41,617 nucleotides of DNA, from positions 1 through 41,617 of the forward strand of contig JBJKSY010000070.1 in NCBI GenBank assembly GCA_046703645.1, in the 5' to 3' direction. How positions within the stretch are numbered: position 1 is the first letter of the stretch; each line of letters begins with the position of its first letter. The notes under the pieces were generated by a model that saw nothing but the letters and a program-made list of their open reading frames with translations, ran no database searches and was not told the origin of the DNA. Positions 8,532 through 16,377 of the stretch are shown here, in pieces. Both the position numbers and the translations under genes were made by a program. This DNA comes from Cyclobacteriaceae bacterium (GTDB taxonomy: Bacteria > Bacteroidota > Bacteroidia > Cytophagales > Cyclobacteriaceae).

Positions 8532-9227
8532 ATGGATTATAATTCTTTTCATTTCAGATTCCCCGAACTTGGCCTTACCAGGGAAAAGATTGCAAGGGTA
8601 ATGGGTTACGACGATGGTATCGCTCCGGAACCCTTCGATGACATCATTGAGGAAGTGCTGGATGCAGCGCCCGATTATTGTGATATAACAGGAGGTTATG
8701 TCTTAAGGGAAAATATCCATATCGACAGGATCAATCAAAGTATCAGGATAGATGATGTAACCTTCGATCTTAAGAGAATTATTACCAACCAGCTCAGGAA
8801 ATCAGAGCATGTTGCTTTATTCCTCTGCACAGCCGGTGCCGGGATAGGTGAATGGTCAGGGAAGCTGATGAAGTCGGGTGACATGATCAAGGGATATGTT
8901 GTCGATGTAACCGGCTCGGAAACAGTGGATGCCGCCATGGATATCATCCAGGACGGTATGGAAAAGGAATTAAAGGTTAAGGGACTTAAGATTACCGAAC
9001 GGTACAGCCCCGGTTATTGCCAATGGCAGGTAAGTGAACAAAAAAAGCTTTTCAGCTTCTTTCCTGAAAATTTCTGCGGTGTCAGGTTATCCCCTTCATC
9101 ACTGATGTATCCCATTAAATCGATCAGCGGTATTATCGGAATCGGCAAAGAGGTTAAACGAAAAGGATATTCCTGCAATTTATGTGATATGAAGGATTGC
9201 TTATACAGAAGGAAAAGACACGTGTAA
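8532..9227 (+). CDS. Stand-alone vitamin-B12-dependent methionine synthase activation (AdoMet reactivation) domain protein
   Basis: I prefer the ATG at 8532, 1 nt after the CobW stop, over the track start at 8475. ERYSPGYCQW and SISGIIGIG resemble MetH activation-domain motifs. The C-terminus carries a CNLCDMKDC cluster. Confidence 0.65.
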   Translation: MDYNSFHFRFPELGLTREKIARVMGYDDGIAPEPFDDIIEEVLDAAPDYCDITGGYVLRENIHIDRINQSIRIDDVTFDLKRIITNQLRKSEHVALFLCTAGAGIGEWSGKLMKSGDMIKGYVVDVTGSETVDAAMDIIQDGMEKELKVKGLKITERYSPGYCQWQVSEQKKLFSFFPENFCGVRLSPSSLMYPIKSISGIIGIGKEVKRKGYSCNLCDMKDCLYRRKRHV

Positions 9228-9231
9228 TTTA

Positions 9232-9435
9232 TTGAGTGATTGAGTGATTGAGTGATTGAGTGATTGGGGATTGAGTGATTGGGGATTGAGTGATTGGAGA
9301 TTGAGTGATTGGCGATTGAGTGATTGGCGATTGAGTGATTGGGGATTGAGTGATTGGCGATTGAGCGATTGGCGATTGAGCGATTGGCGATTGAGCGATT
9401 GGCGATTGAGCGATTGGCGATTGAGCGATTGGGGA
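9232..9435. repeat. Intergenic tandem repeat: 3 extra 8-bp half units (TTGAGTGA) followed by 12 copies of a 15-bp unit TTGAG[T/C]GATTGG[G/A/C]GA
   Basis: Read directly from the sequence. The units are head to tail with no spacers. Variation is confined to unit positions 6 and 13, and variants are clustered: T-type units come first and C-type units last. Confidence 0.95.
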
Positions 9436-9576
9436 TTTGAAGTTATTTTAAAACACCTCAAACAAAATATTTAATCAGGAGTTAAACAGTATAAGTAACT
9501 CTGGAGGTATCTTTTTTCATTTTAAGGAGTTGCGAAGCACGACATTTAAATTTTCGACCATAATTCATTTAGCGAT

Positions 9577-10599
9577 ATGAAATACAAACAACTAGGGAAC
9601 ACGGGTGTCCTGGTTTCAGAATTATGCCTTGGGGCAATGACATTCGGAGGGAAAGGATTCTGGGAGGCCATAGGCCGTTTGCCGCAGGAGGAAGTAAATC
9701 AATTGGTTAAAACTTCCCTGGATTCGGGGATCAATTTCATCGACACTGCTAATGTTTACTCAGAGGGCCAGTCGGAGATTCTGCTTGGGAAAGCATTGAC
9801 GGATCTGGGTATAAACCGGCAGAAAGTGGTAGTTGCCACCAAGGTGCGGGGGCGTGTCGGTGATGGTGCCAACCAGGTAGGCCTGTCAAGGCTTCATATT
9901 GCCGATTCGGTAAATGACAGCCTGCAGCGTTTAGGGATCGATCATATCGATCTCCTTTATATTCATGGTGTTGATCCGATCACGCCCCTGGAAGAAACCA
10001 TGCGTGGCCTTGAAGATGCGGTAAGGTCGGGAAAGGTGCGATATCTCGGGATAAGCAATCATCCGGCCTGGATGGTAGTGAAAGCCAATTCAATTGCCGA
10101 AAAAATGGGATGGACAAAATTTGTGGCCCTTCAGAATTATTATACTATCGCAAGCAGGGACCTGGAAAGGGAGATAATTCCAATGGCTAAAAGCGAGGGT
10201 CTTGCCCTGATGCCATGGAGCCCGCTTGCCGGTGGTTTCCTTTCGGGAAAATATACCAGGGAAAAAGCCAGGGCAGGGAACAGTCGACGTGATGAATTTG
10301 TTTTTCCGCCCATAGATAAGGAAAAGGCCTTTTACATTATCGATGCAATGGCCATCGTTGCCAAAAATCACGAAGTATCTGTAGCCCAGGTAGCACTGGC
10401 ATGGATGCTCAGGAAAGAAGGTGTGACCAGTATCATTATAGGTGCCAAAACCAATGAACAGCTATTGGATAATATAGCCTCCACAGGCCTGGACCTGTCA
10501 GAAGAAGAGATGAGCCGACTGGATTCACTGAGTGCCATGAAACCCGAATACCCGGGATGGATGGTCGAAAGACAATCCCAGGGAAGAATGCCTTCCTGA
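9577..10599 (+). CDS. Aldo/keto reductase family oxidoreductase
   Basis: 340 aa. LGAMTFGG, the FIDTANVYSEGQSE motif, and IIIGAKTNEQL near the C-terminus form a typical AKR (Tas/YajO-like) pattern. Confidence 0.9.
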   Translation: MKYKQLGNTGVLVSELCLGAMTFGGKGFWEAIGRLPQEEVNQLVKTSLDSGINFIDTANVYSEGQSEILLGKALTDLGINRQKVVVATKVRGRVGDGANQVGLSRLHIADSVNDSLQRLGIDHIDLLYIHGVDPITPLEETMRGLEDAVRSGKVRYLGISNHPAWMVVKANSIAEKMGWTKFVALQNYYTIASRDLEREIIPMAKSEGLALMPWSPLAGGFLSGKYTREKARAGNSRRDEFVFPPIDKEKAFYIIDAMAIVAKNHEVSVAQVALAWMLRKEGVTSIIIGAKTNEQLLDNIASTGLDLSEEEMSRLDSLSAMKPEYPGWMVERQSQGRMPS

Positions 10600-10628
10600 T
10601 AAATATGACAAACGATATTATTTTGCCT

Positions 10629-10662
10629 GGCCCGGCGCAGTAACCGGGTCATTTTATTTTTT
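10629..10662 (+). terminator. Possible weak terminator after the AKR gene
   Basis: GCCCGG...CCGGGT short hairpin followed by CATTTTATTTTTT. The stem is only about 6 bp. Confidence 0.3.
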
Positions 10663-10783
10663 CAATAATTAGCTTTATATGAAAGAGCATCCTGTAAAAG
10701 GATTATAATCCGTTAGTGATCCCGGAATAAATTCGAAAATTGATTTCTTTTGATAAAAGAATAAGTCATTTTTTGCCGAACCT

Positions 10784-11164
10784 ATGAATAAAAGAGCTGA
10801 CAATGAAGCCCCTTTTGCCATAAATCGCTGGGGCTGGAAATTTCATCATATCGGAATTCCTACAAATTATAAAAAGAAGAATGAAAAGTATTTATCCGGC
10901 TTCAGGATGTATGTTTCAGGTTTCAGCACAAGCCCTTACGGAATTGAATGGATGAGATTTGAAAAGGGCAGCACTGTTCCCATTCTGATAAGGAAAGTTC
11001 CACATATAGCTTTCGAGGTGAAAAATATTGAACATGAAATTAAAATCCATAAACTGAAAGTGATATCCCCGGCAGGTTCTCCGTCAGAAGGTGTCAGGTC
11101 AGCCATGATCGAGCATGACGGGGCGCCCGTGGAATTGATAGAATTTGATTTTAATAAAGCCTGA
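10784..11164 (+). CDS. Small VOC (glyoxalase/dioxygenase-fold)-like protein
   Basis: 126 aa. FHHIGIPT and VPHIAFEV are His-containing strands and PVELIEF lies at the C-terminus. These resemble the paired beta-alpha-beta-beta-beta modules of the VOC superfamily. Confidence 0.45.
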   Translation: MNKRADNEAPFAINRWGWKFHHIGIPTNYKKKNEKYLSGFRMYVSGFSTSPYGIEWMRFEKGSTVPILIRKVPHIAFEVKNIEHEIKIHKLKVISPAGSPSEGVRSAMIEHDGAPVELIEFDFNKA

Positions 11165-11214
11165 AAATAATCAACAAGGACGCTTAGAATTAGAAATCGT
11201 TCCGAATTGTAACA

Positions 11215-12012
11215 ATGGTGACTCCTTTTAAAACTTTATTATTCGACCTTGATGAAACATTGATGGAGGAATGGAACTCCGCGAAATATTGTATTATAAA
11301 TACTTTTTCCCGGTTGAACACTGGCACAGATCCTGAAACATTCGTTGATATCCTTATTGAAGAAGCACGGATTCTCTGGCATGCTACACCTGTATATCCG
11401 TTTTGCCGGAGTGTGGGCATTAGTTCGTGGGAAGCTCTATGGGCGGACTTTGACGGTGCAAATGAGAATTTCGAATATTTAAGGGGTTATGGAAAAGAAT
11501 ACCGGACGCGGGCATGGCTAAATGCTTTACACAGAACAGGTAATACTGACCTGTCTGCGGCCCGGGAATTAAGTGAATATTTTAAGAAATACAGAAATAC
11601 CAGGCATATTCTTTTTCAGGACGCCCTACCCTGCCTTCAGAAATATAAGAGCCGGTTTAAGTTTGGATTGGTCACTAATGGTGCCCCTGATATTCAACAA
11701 AAAAAAATTAAAGGCGGAAATCTGGCGCATTGGTTCGACAAGGTTATTATTTCCGGTGATTATGGTAAAGGTAAACCTGACCCTGAGATCTTCCTTGAAC
11801 TTGTCGACAGGCTGGGCAGCAATTCCGGGAATACATTAATGATCGGTGATAGCCTTCAAACGGATATTGCCGGCTCAAAAAAAGCAGGGATCATGAATAT
11901 CTGGTTAAACCGTAACGGAAAACCCAATGATATCCCGGATTTAAGCCCAGGACATGAAATCCGGAATCTTCTTGAGCTTGACGGCGTATTAGAGAATTCT
12001 TATAATTGTTGA
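11215..12012 (+). CDS. HAD-superfamily hydrolase (subfamily IA-like)
   Basis: LLFDLDETL is the DxDxT nucleophile motif. LVTNG, GKGKPDP and MIGDSLQTDIAG are motifs II-IV. Confidence 0.85.
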   Translation: MVTPFKTLLFDLDETLMEEWNSAKYCIINTFSRLNTGTDPETFVDILIEEARILWHATPVYPFCRSVGISSWEALWADFDGANENFEYLRGYGKEYRTRAWLNALHRTGNTDLSAARELSEYFKKYRNTRHILFQDALPCLQKYKSRFKFGLVTNGAPDIQQKKIKGGNLAHWFDKVIISGDYGKGKPDPEIFLELVDRLGSNSGNTLMIGDSLQTDIAGSKKAGIMNIWLNRNGKPNDIPDLSPGHEIRNLLELDGVLENSYNC

Positions 12013-12050
12013 ATTGAAAATCAAATTCTCACCTTTATATAAAAAGTGCC

Positions 12051-12758
12051 ATGAATGAAGATAAAATATGCCTCGTCACCGGGGCAAGCAGCGGCATGGG
12101 GTTTGCAATAGCTGAATTCCTGAAAAATGAACATTACCAGGTGATTGTCACCGCGCGAAGAAAAGAACGGCTCATGCAACTGGGTTTCGAAGAAGAAGAT
12201 GTAATTGCCGGGGATCTGAATTCAACTGAATTCCAGGATTCAATTGAAAAATATATTTTTAACAAATACGGGAAATGTGATTTCTTGTTTAATTGTGCCG
12301 GGATCATCGAGGTGGGAACCATCGAAGAGATCGATATCGATATTATGGCATCGATGATCCGGTTAAATGTTGAATCCACCTTCCGCATAACCTACAAATT
12401 CCTGAAACATTTCAAAGAGCAGGGTTACGGCCATATTATAAATATTTCCAGTGTCCTGGGGACCAAGGTAAGGGCAACTGCAGGAGCTTATGCCGCTACC
12501 AAGTATGCTGTCGAGGCTTTGTCGGAAGCCCTGCGTATGGAGTTGACAGGAACACCGATCAAGATCTCATGCATTGAACCCGGACTGGTCCTCACCGAAT
12601 TTCATAACCGCTGGAAAGTTCATCCCCGGGAAAGTATGCACATTACAGAACCATTATCTGTAAATGATATAGTTAAATCGGTAAAATATATAATGGAGCA
12701 GCCCGACCATGTGAGAATCCCCAGGTTGATGATCCTACCCAGGGACCAGAATACCTGA
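12051..12758 (+). CDS. Short-chain dehydrogenase/reductase (SDR) family oxidoreductase
   Basis: VTGASSGMG cofactor motif, NCAG, and the catalytic YAATKYAV (YxxxK) motif. Confidence 0.9.
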   Translation: MNEDKICLVTGASSGMGFAIAEFLKNEHYQVIVTARRKERLMQLGFEEEDVIAGDLNSTEFQDSIEKYIFNKYGKCDFLFNCAGIIEVGTIEEIDIDIMASMIRLNVESTFRITYKFLKHFKEQGYGHIINISSVLGTKVRATAGAYAATKYAVEALSEALRMELTGTPIKISCIEPGLVLTEFHNRWKVHPRESMHITEPLSVNDIVKSVKYIMEQPDHVRIPRLMILPRDQNT

Positions 12759-12938
12759 ACCGGAAGCAATGAATTTCACACCGGAATATCCGGTCCGTGA
12801 GTTTTTGTCCGGTCGGAATTATAAATTATGTTAAATATCAGCTCCAGGGCCCCTTCTATGACCTGTGTCATAAAATATTTTATCCCGGAATCTGTTGTAA
12901 ATAAAAACATCCGGAATAATCTTTAATACAGGAAGCAT

Positions 12939-13325
12939 ATGGCGAAGGCAATGAGGCAAATAAGATTTCACAGGGTGAATCCTTTTATTCCTGTCAGGAA
13001 TTTAAAACAGACACTTGACTTTTAGCGCGATAAACTTGGATTCTATGATGAGTGGACATGGAACGATTCCGACGGCGGCATACAGCGGGATGACATGCGA
13101 CTGATGTTCAGTGAGGAACCGGCATACAGTAATTCTGTGAACAACCAGGATTTTAAATATTTCCTGATGTGGTTTGTGGATGACCTGGAAGATGTCTTTA
13201 CTGAGTTCAAGAACAGGAATATCGATTTTCAATACGGGATCGAAGTCAAACCATGGGGACTTCGTGAATTCGGGATCCGCGATCCGAACGGATACCTGAT
13301 CCGCGTTGCAGAAAATTATTTGTAG
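12939..13325 (+). pseudogene. Glyoxalase/bleomycin-resistance (VOC) family gene interrupted by an in-frame TAG
   Basis: The ATG at 12939 is in frame with the listed ORF 13095-13325. The translation reads MAKAMRQIRFHRVNPFIPVRNLKQTLDF*RDKLGFYDEW..., with TAG at 13023-13025. The VOC consensus has Tyr at that position (FY-x-x-LGF). The reconstructed length of about 128 aa is typical for the family. Confidence 0.6.
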
Positions 13326-13488
13326 AGTTAAAGGCGAATCGTATATTCTTCCGGCATGATAAACCAGGAAGTGATCACATATTATTTGTAATTTTTTTAT
13401 TAAAAATTAATCCTTTCCCGATAAAATGATCATCCGGAATTGGGATTCATACAGCTATTTTATATTTTAATATCTTACCGGGATTTCA

Positions 13489-13923
13489 ATGACATCACAG
13501 GCGAAAGACTCACAATCCGAAATTACCACTGATAAATCAAGGCTGGATATAAACCTTATTCACAACTTCCTTTCCCGGGAATCCTACTGGGCGAAAGGCC
13601 GCAGTCTGGATACCGTCAGGAGATCCATTGATAACTCATTATGTTTCGGGGTTTTTGTCAACCACCAGCAGGTGGGCTTTGCCAGGGTGGTAACGGATTA
13701 TGCGGTATTTGCCTGGGTCATGGACGTCTTTGTCCTGAAAGAATACAGGGGCCGCGGTTACGGGAAAAAACTGATGGAATTCATCGTTCACCATGAAAAA
13801 CTGCAAAACCTGAAACGCTGGGGACTTGGAACCGAAGATGCCCACGGACTATACGAAAAATTCGGGTTCACGCCGCTTACGAAATCGCAAAATATGATGG
13901 AAAAAATTTCCGGGAAAAAATAA
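13489..13923 (+). CDS. GNAT family N-acetyltransferase
   Basis: 144 aa. The acetyl-CoA-binding motif is RGRGYGKKLMEF (R/Q-x-x-G-x-G/A), and the GFARV strand precedes it. Confidence 0.8.
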   Translation: MTSQAKDSQSEITTDKSRLDINLIHNFLSRESYWAKGRSLDTVRRSIDNSLCFGVFVNHQQVGFARVVTDYAVFAWVMDVFVLKEYRGRGYGKKLMEFIVHHEKLQNLKRWGLGTEDAHGLYEKFGFTPLTKSQNMMEKISGKK

Positions 13924-14026
13924 TCTGACTTTCCCTTTTCAAATTCATATAAGGTAACCGGAGAGTTTTTCACAAATTGAATGATATCCGGCTGACTGCC
14001 GGGATAAATACCTGAGATTATAGTCT

Positions 14027-14563
14027 TTATTCCGGAACTTTTTCCAATAATCTTTTCTTAGAAGGGATCAGGGTTCTGAATTCATCGAGCAGGATAGCCG
14101 ATCTGTCGGTAACTTCTTCCCTGTTGCCTATCGTCACTGCCAGGTCCATACGGATACCTCCTATAAAATTCCCATCATAATCCTTAAGCGGCCTGATGAT
14201 AACATAATAGGGATCCTTTTTGAGCGGTTTCCTGAAATATATCTTCCCTTTATCTATTACTTTGCGTTCACGGTGCGTACATTCTGACCCCGTGAAAATA
14301 CTGTCAGTGGAAGCCACCACCCTGCAACCATTTCTATCAGTTAAAAATATCCTGAATGCTCCCACTTCCGGGTGGGTTCCGACAAACTCATCAATGATCT
14401 GTTGCGCAAAAATTTCACCAGCCGGTTCAGGTTGTATTGAAAGCTGCTGAGCGTGTAACCCTGACGGAAACAATAAAATTAAAATTGTTGCCGTCAAAAT
14501 AAGTATACTATTTATTCGGTCCGTTAAATGTCGGCTGGGTCCAGGTAAATGATCCTGTTCCAT
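14027..14563 (-). CDS. Hypothetical secreted protein (start uncertain)
   Basis: The open frame extends to 14605 (TTG). ATG candidates are at 14578 and 14563. A hydrophobic segment ILILTATILILLFPSGLHAQQ looks like a signal peptide. I recognise no confident family. Confidence 0.4.
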   Translation of the reverse strand: MEQDHLPGPSRHLTDRINSILILTATILILLFPSGLHAQQLSIQPEPAGEIFAQQIIDEFVGTHPEVGAFRIFLTDRNGCRVVASTDSIFTGSECTHRERKVIDKGKIYFRKPLKKDPYYVIIRPLKDYDGNFIGGIRMDLAVTIGNREEVTDRSAILLDEFRTLIPSKKRLLEKVPE

Positions 14564-15047
14564 CGGGGACTCTTGCATAGGATAATTCTTGTGTCTGTGC
14601 ACCAAAGGTCACTTCATCGATAACCGCTTTGTCAGGAGCGGAAAGGATGACCATTTCACCTTCCGAAGATAGCTTGAAATCTGCATGCAGACCTTTCTGA
14701 TTAAGGTCTTTGTCGGCCCAGATAATCAGATAACTTTTCGCTCCGATTTTGGTCCCCTTGGGAAAAGACCATTTTGTCGGCTCTTTTTTGGAATCGCTTA
14801 GGTAATACCCTGAAAGGTCAATATCCTTATCCGATAAATTGTACAGCTCAATCCAGTCATCATACTGGCCATCCTGGTCCTTAACGGTAGTAGTATTTTT
14901 TGACATCAGTTCATTGATGACAAGAACCCCTTTCAGGTTGGATGTAGGATTTTCCTTCGCACAGGAAACTCCAAGGGCCACGGTCAACAGGACAAATGGG
15001 AAGAAGATATTCCGGCCGGAAACCGCAGTATTAGATAAAAATTTCAT
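14508..15047 (-). CDS. Lamin-tail-domain (LTD) lipoprotein
   Basis: The ATG at 15047 gives MKFLSNTAV...LTVALGVSCAKE, a lipobox Cys. VINELMSKNT...DDWIELYNLSDKDIDLSGYYLSD is the characteristic LTD core. Confidence 0.75.
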   Translation of the reverse strand: MKFLSNTAVSGRNIFFPFVLLTVALGVSCAKENPTSNLKGVLVINELMSKNTTTVKDQDGQYDDWIELYNLSDKDIDLSGYYLSDSKKEPTKWSFPKGTKIGAKSYLIIWADKDLNQKGLHADFKLSSEGEMVILSAPDKAVIDEVTFGAQTQELSYARVPDGTGSFTWTQPTFNGPNK

Positions 15048-15221
15048 AGTGTGATTTTTTAAGAAATCAGCCCTCAAAGGTATTTAAATAGTACGATCCT
15101 GAAAGGATAAATACGAAAATAAATAGAACATCAGGAATGACCCGGGATATTTTGTAAATTGGGATACGCGAACGACCAGGGTTGATAATTTTTGTCCCGG
15201 AATCATTTTTAATTATTTTTT

Positions 15222-16358
15222 ATGAAAAACAATTGCTTCCTTGTATTGGGCGGCTATGGAAATGCAGGATTACCTATTTGCAGATTGCTTTTATCAGAAA
15301 CCGGCCTCAATATTCACCTGGCCGGCAGGGATCTTCAGAAAGCAAAATCCGCGGCGGATGAGTTGAACAGGTTATTTCCGGGAAACAGGGCCAGCGGGAT
15401 GAAAGTGGATGCCGGTAATACAGACGACCTGAAAGCCGCATTCCGGAATATCGATATGGTTGTAGTTGCATCCAGTTCCTCACAATACACCCGCGAGGTC
15501 GCGTCAGCCTGCCTTGAAGCCGGGATCGATTATTTCGATATTCAATATGCTGCAGGTAAATTCGAAGAATTGAAGGCCTTTGAGTTTAAGATACAGGGCT
15601 CAGGGAGGTGTTTTATCTCGGAAGGCGGGTTTCACCCGGGTCTTCCTGCCGCCCTTATTCGGTATGGGGCAAATTTCTTTGATTCCCTGGAAAAAGCAAT
15701 CACCGGCAGTCTGATCAGGATGAACTGGAAAAACCTGCGATTTTCAGAAACCACAGCAAGGGAATTTACCCGGGAACTTATCGATTTCCAGGGAACATTC
15801 TACAAGAACGGGATATGGAGAAAAGCAAGCTTATGGACCACCCGCGATTTTATTAAAGTGAATATGGGAAAACCATATGGAAAACAAATGTGCACCCCGA
15901 TGTTCCTGGAAGAATTAAGAGAACTTCCGGAAGAATTTCCTTCCCTGAAGCATATGGGTTTTTATGTGGCCGGGTTTCACTGGTTTGTGGATATGTTTAT
16001 CTTCCCTGTCATATTTCTTTTCCTGAAAATATTTCCCACACTGATGCTCCGGCCCATGACAAGGCTTCTTACGGGAAGCCTGAGATATTTTACTGGGCCT
16101 CCCTATATAACAATTTTAAAACTGGAAACGGAAGGTCTTCGTGAAAACCGCAGAAAACGGCTCGATATCCTTCTGAGTCATCCCGACAGTTACCAGTTTA
16201 CTGCTATTCCGGCTGTAGCCTGCTTACTGCAGTATCTGGACGGTTCAGCCAGGAAACCCGGACTCTGGTGCATGGGCCGGATCGCAGATCCAAAACGATT
16301 AATGGCCGACATCCGAAGAATGGGAATTGAATTTCAAATTACTGAAGCTCCTATTTAA
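15222..16358 (+). CDS. Saccharopine dehydrogenase-like NAD(P)-binding protein with a hydrophobic C-terminal region
   Basis: LVLGGYGNAG Rossmann motif at the N-terminus, followed by HLAGRD. Hydrophobic segments lie around FYVAGFHWFVDMFIFPVIFLFLKIFP. Confidence 0.65.
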   Translation: MKNNCFLVLGGYGNAGLPICRLLLSETGLNIHLAGRDLQKAKSAADELNRLFPGNRASGMKVDAGNTDDLKAAFRNIDMVVVASSSSQYTREVASACLEAGIDYFDIQYAAGKFEELKAFEFKIQGSGRCFISEGGFHPGLPAALIRYGANFFDSLEKAITGSLIRMNWKNLRFSETTAREFTRELIDFQGTFYKNGIWRKASLWTTRDFIKVNMGKPYGKQMCTPMFLEELRELPEEFPSLKHMGFYVAGFHWFVDMFIFPVIFLFLKIFPTLMLRPMTRLLTGSLRYFTGPPYITILKLETEGLRENRRKRLDILLSHPDSYQFTAIPAVACLLQYLDGSARKPGLWCMGRIADPKRLMADIRRMGIEFQITEAPI

Positions 16359-16377
16359 CTTTTTTATATTTTCAATT

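Noticed and set aside
9232-9435. Possible CRISPR array.
   Set aside because: The units are 15 bp and directly abutting with no spacers, and there are no cas genes in the window. This is a tandem repeat, not a CRISPR array.
9201-9474. Two long ORFs through the tandem repeat: minus strand with SLNRQ pentapeptide repeats and plus strand with [10 protein letters not shown] repeats.
   Set aside because: Both exist only because the 15-bp unit is a multiple of three and lacks stop codons in those frames. The minus-strand ORF runs into the 3' end of the upstream gene. There is no signal peptide or non-repeat domain. I treat them as artefacts of the repeat.
13023-13025. In-frame TAG as pyrrolysine or stop-codon reassignment, considered because corrinoid methyltransferase genes are nearby.
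   Set aside because: The TAG is in a VOC/glyoxalase gene, not a methylamine methyltransferase. It replaces a conserved Tyr one mutation away. TAG is used as a real stop by this gene and by the LTD gene at 14508. No pyl genes are seen.
9577-13923. Run of small-molecule enzymes (AKR, VOC, HAD, SDR, VOC pseudogene, GNAT) as a possible dedicated detoxification or biosynthetic cluster.
   Set aside because: The genes are separated by 40-240-nt gaps with no coupling, and all belong to very common housekeeping superfamilies. Nothing in the sequence ties them into one pathway.
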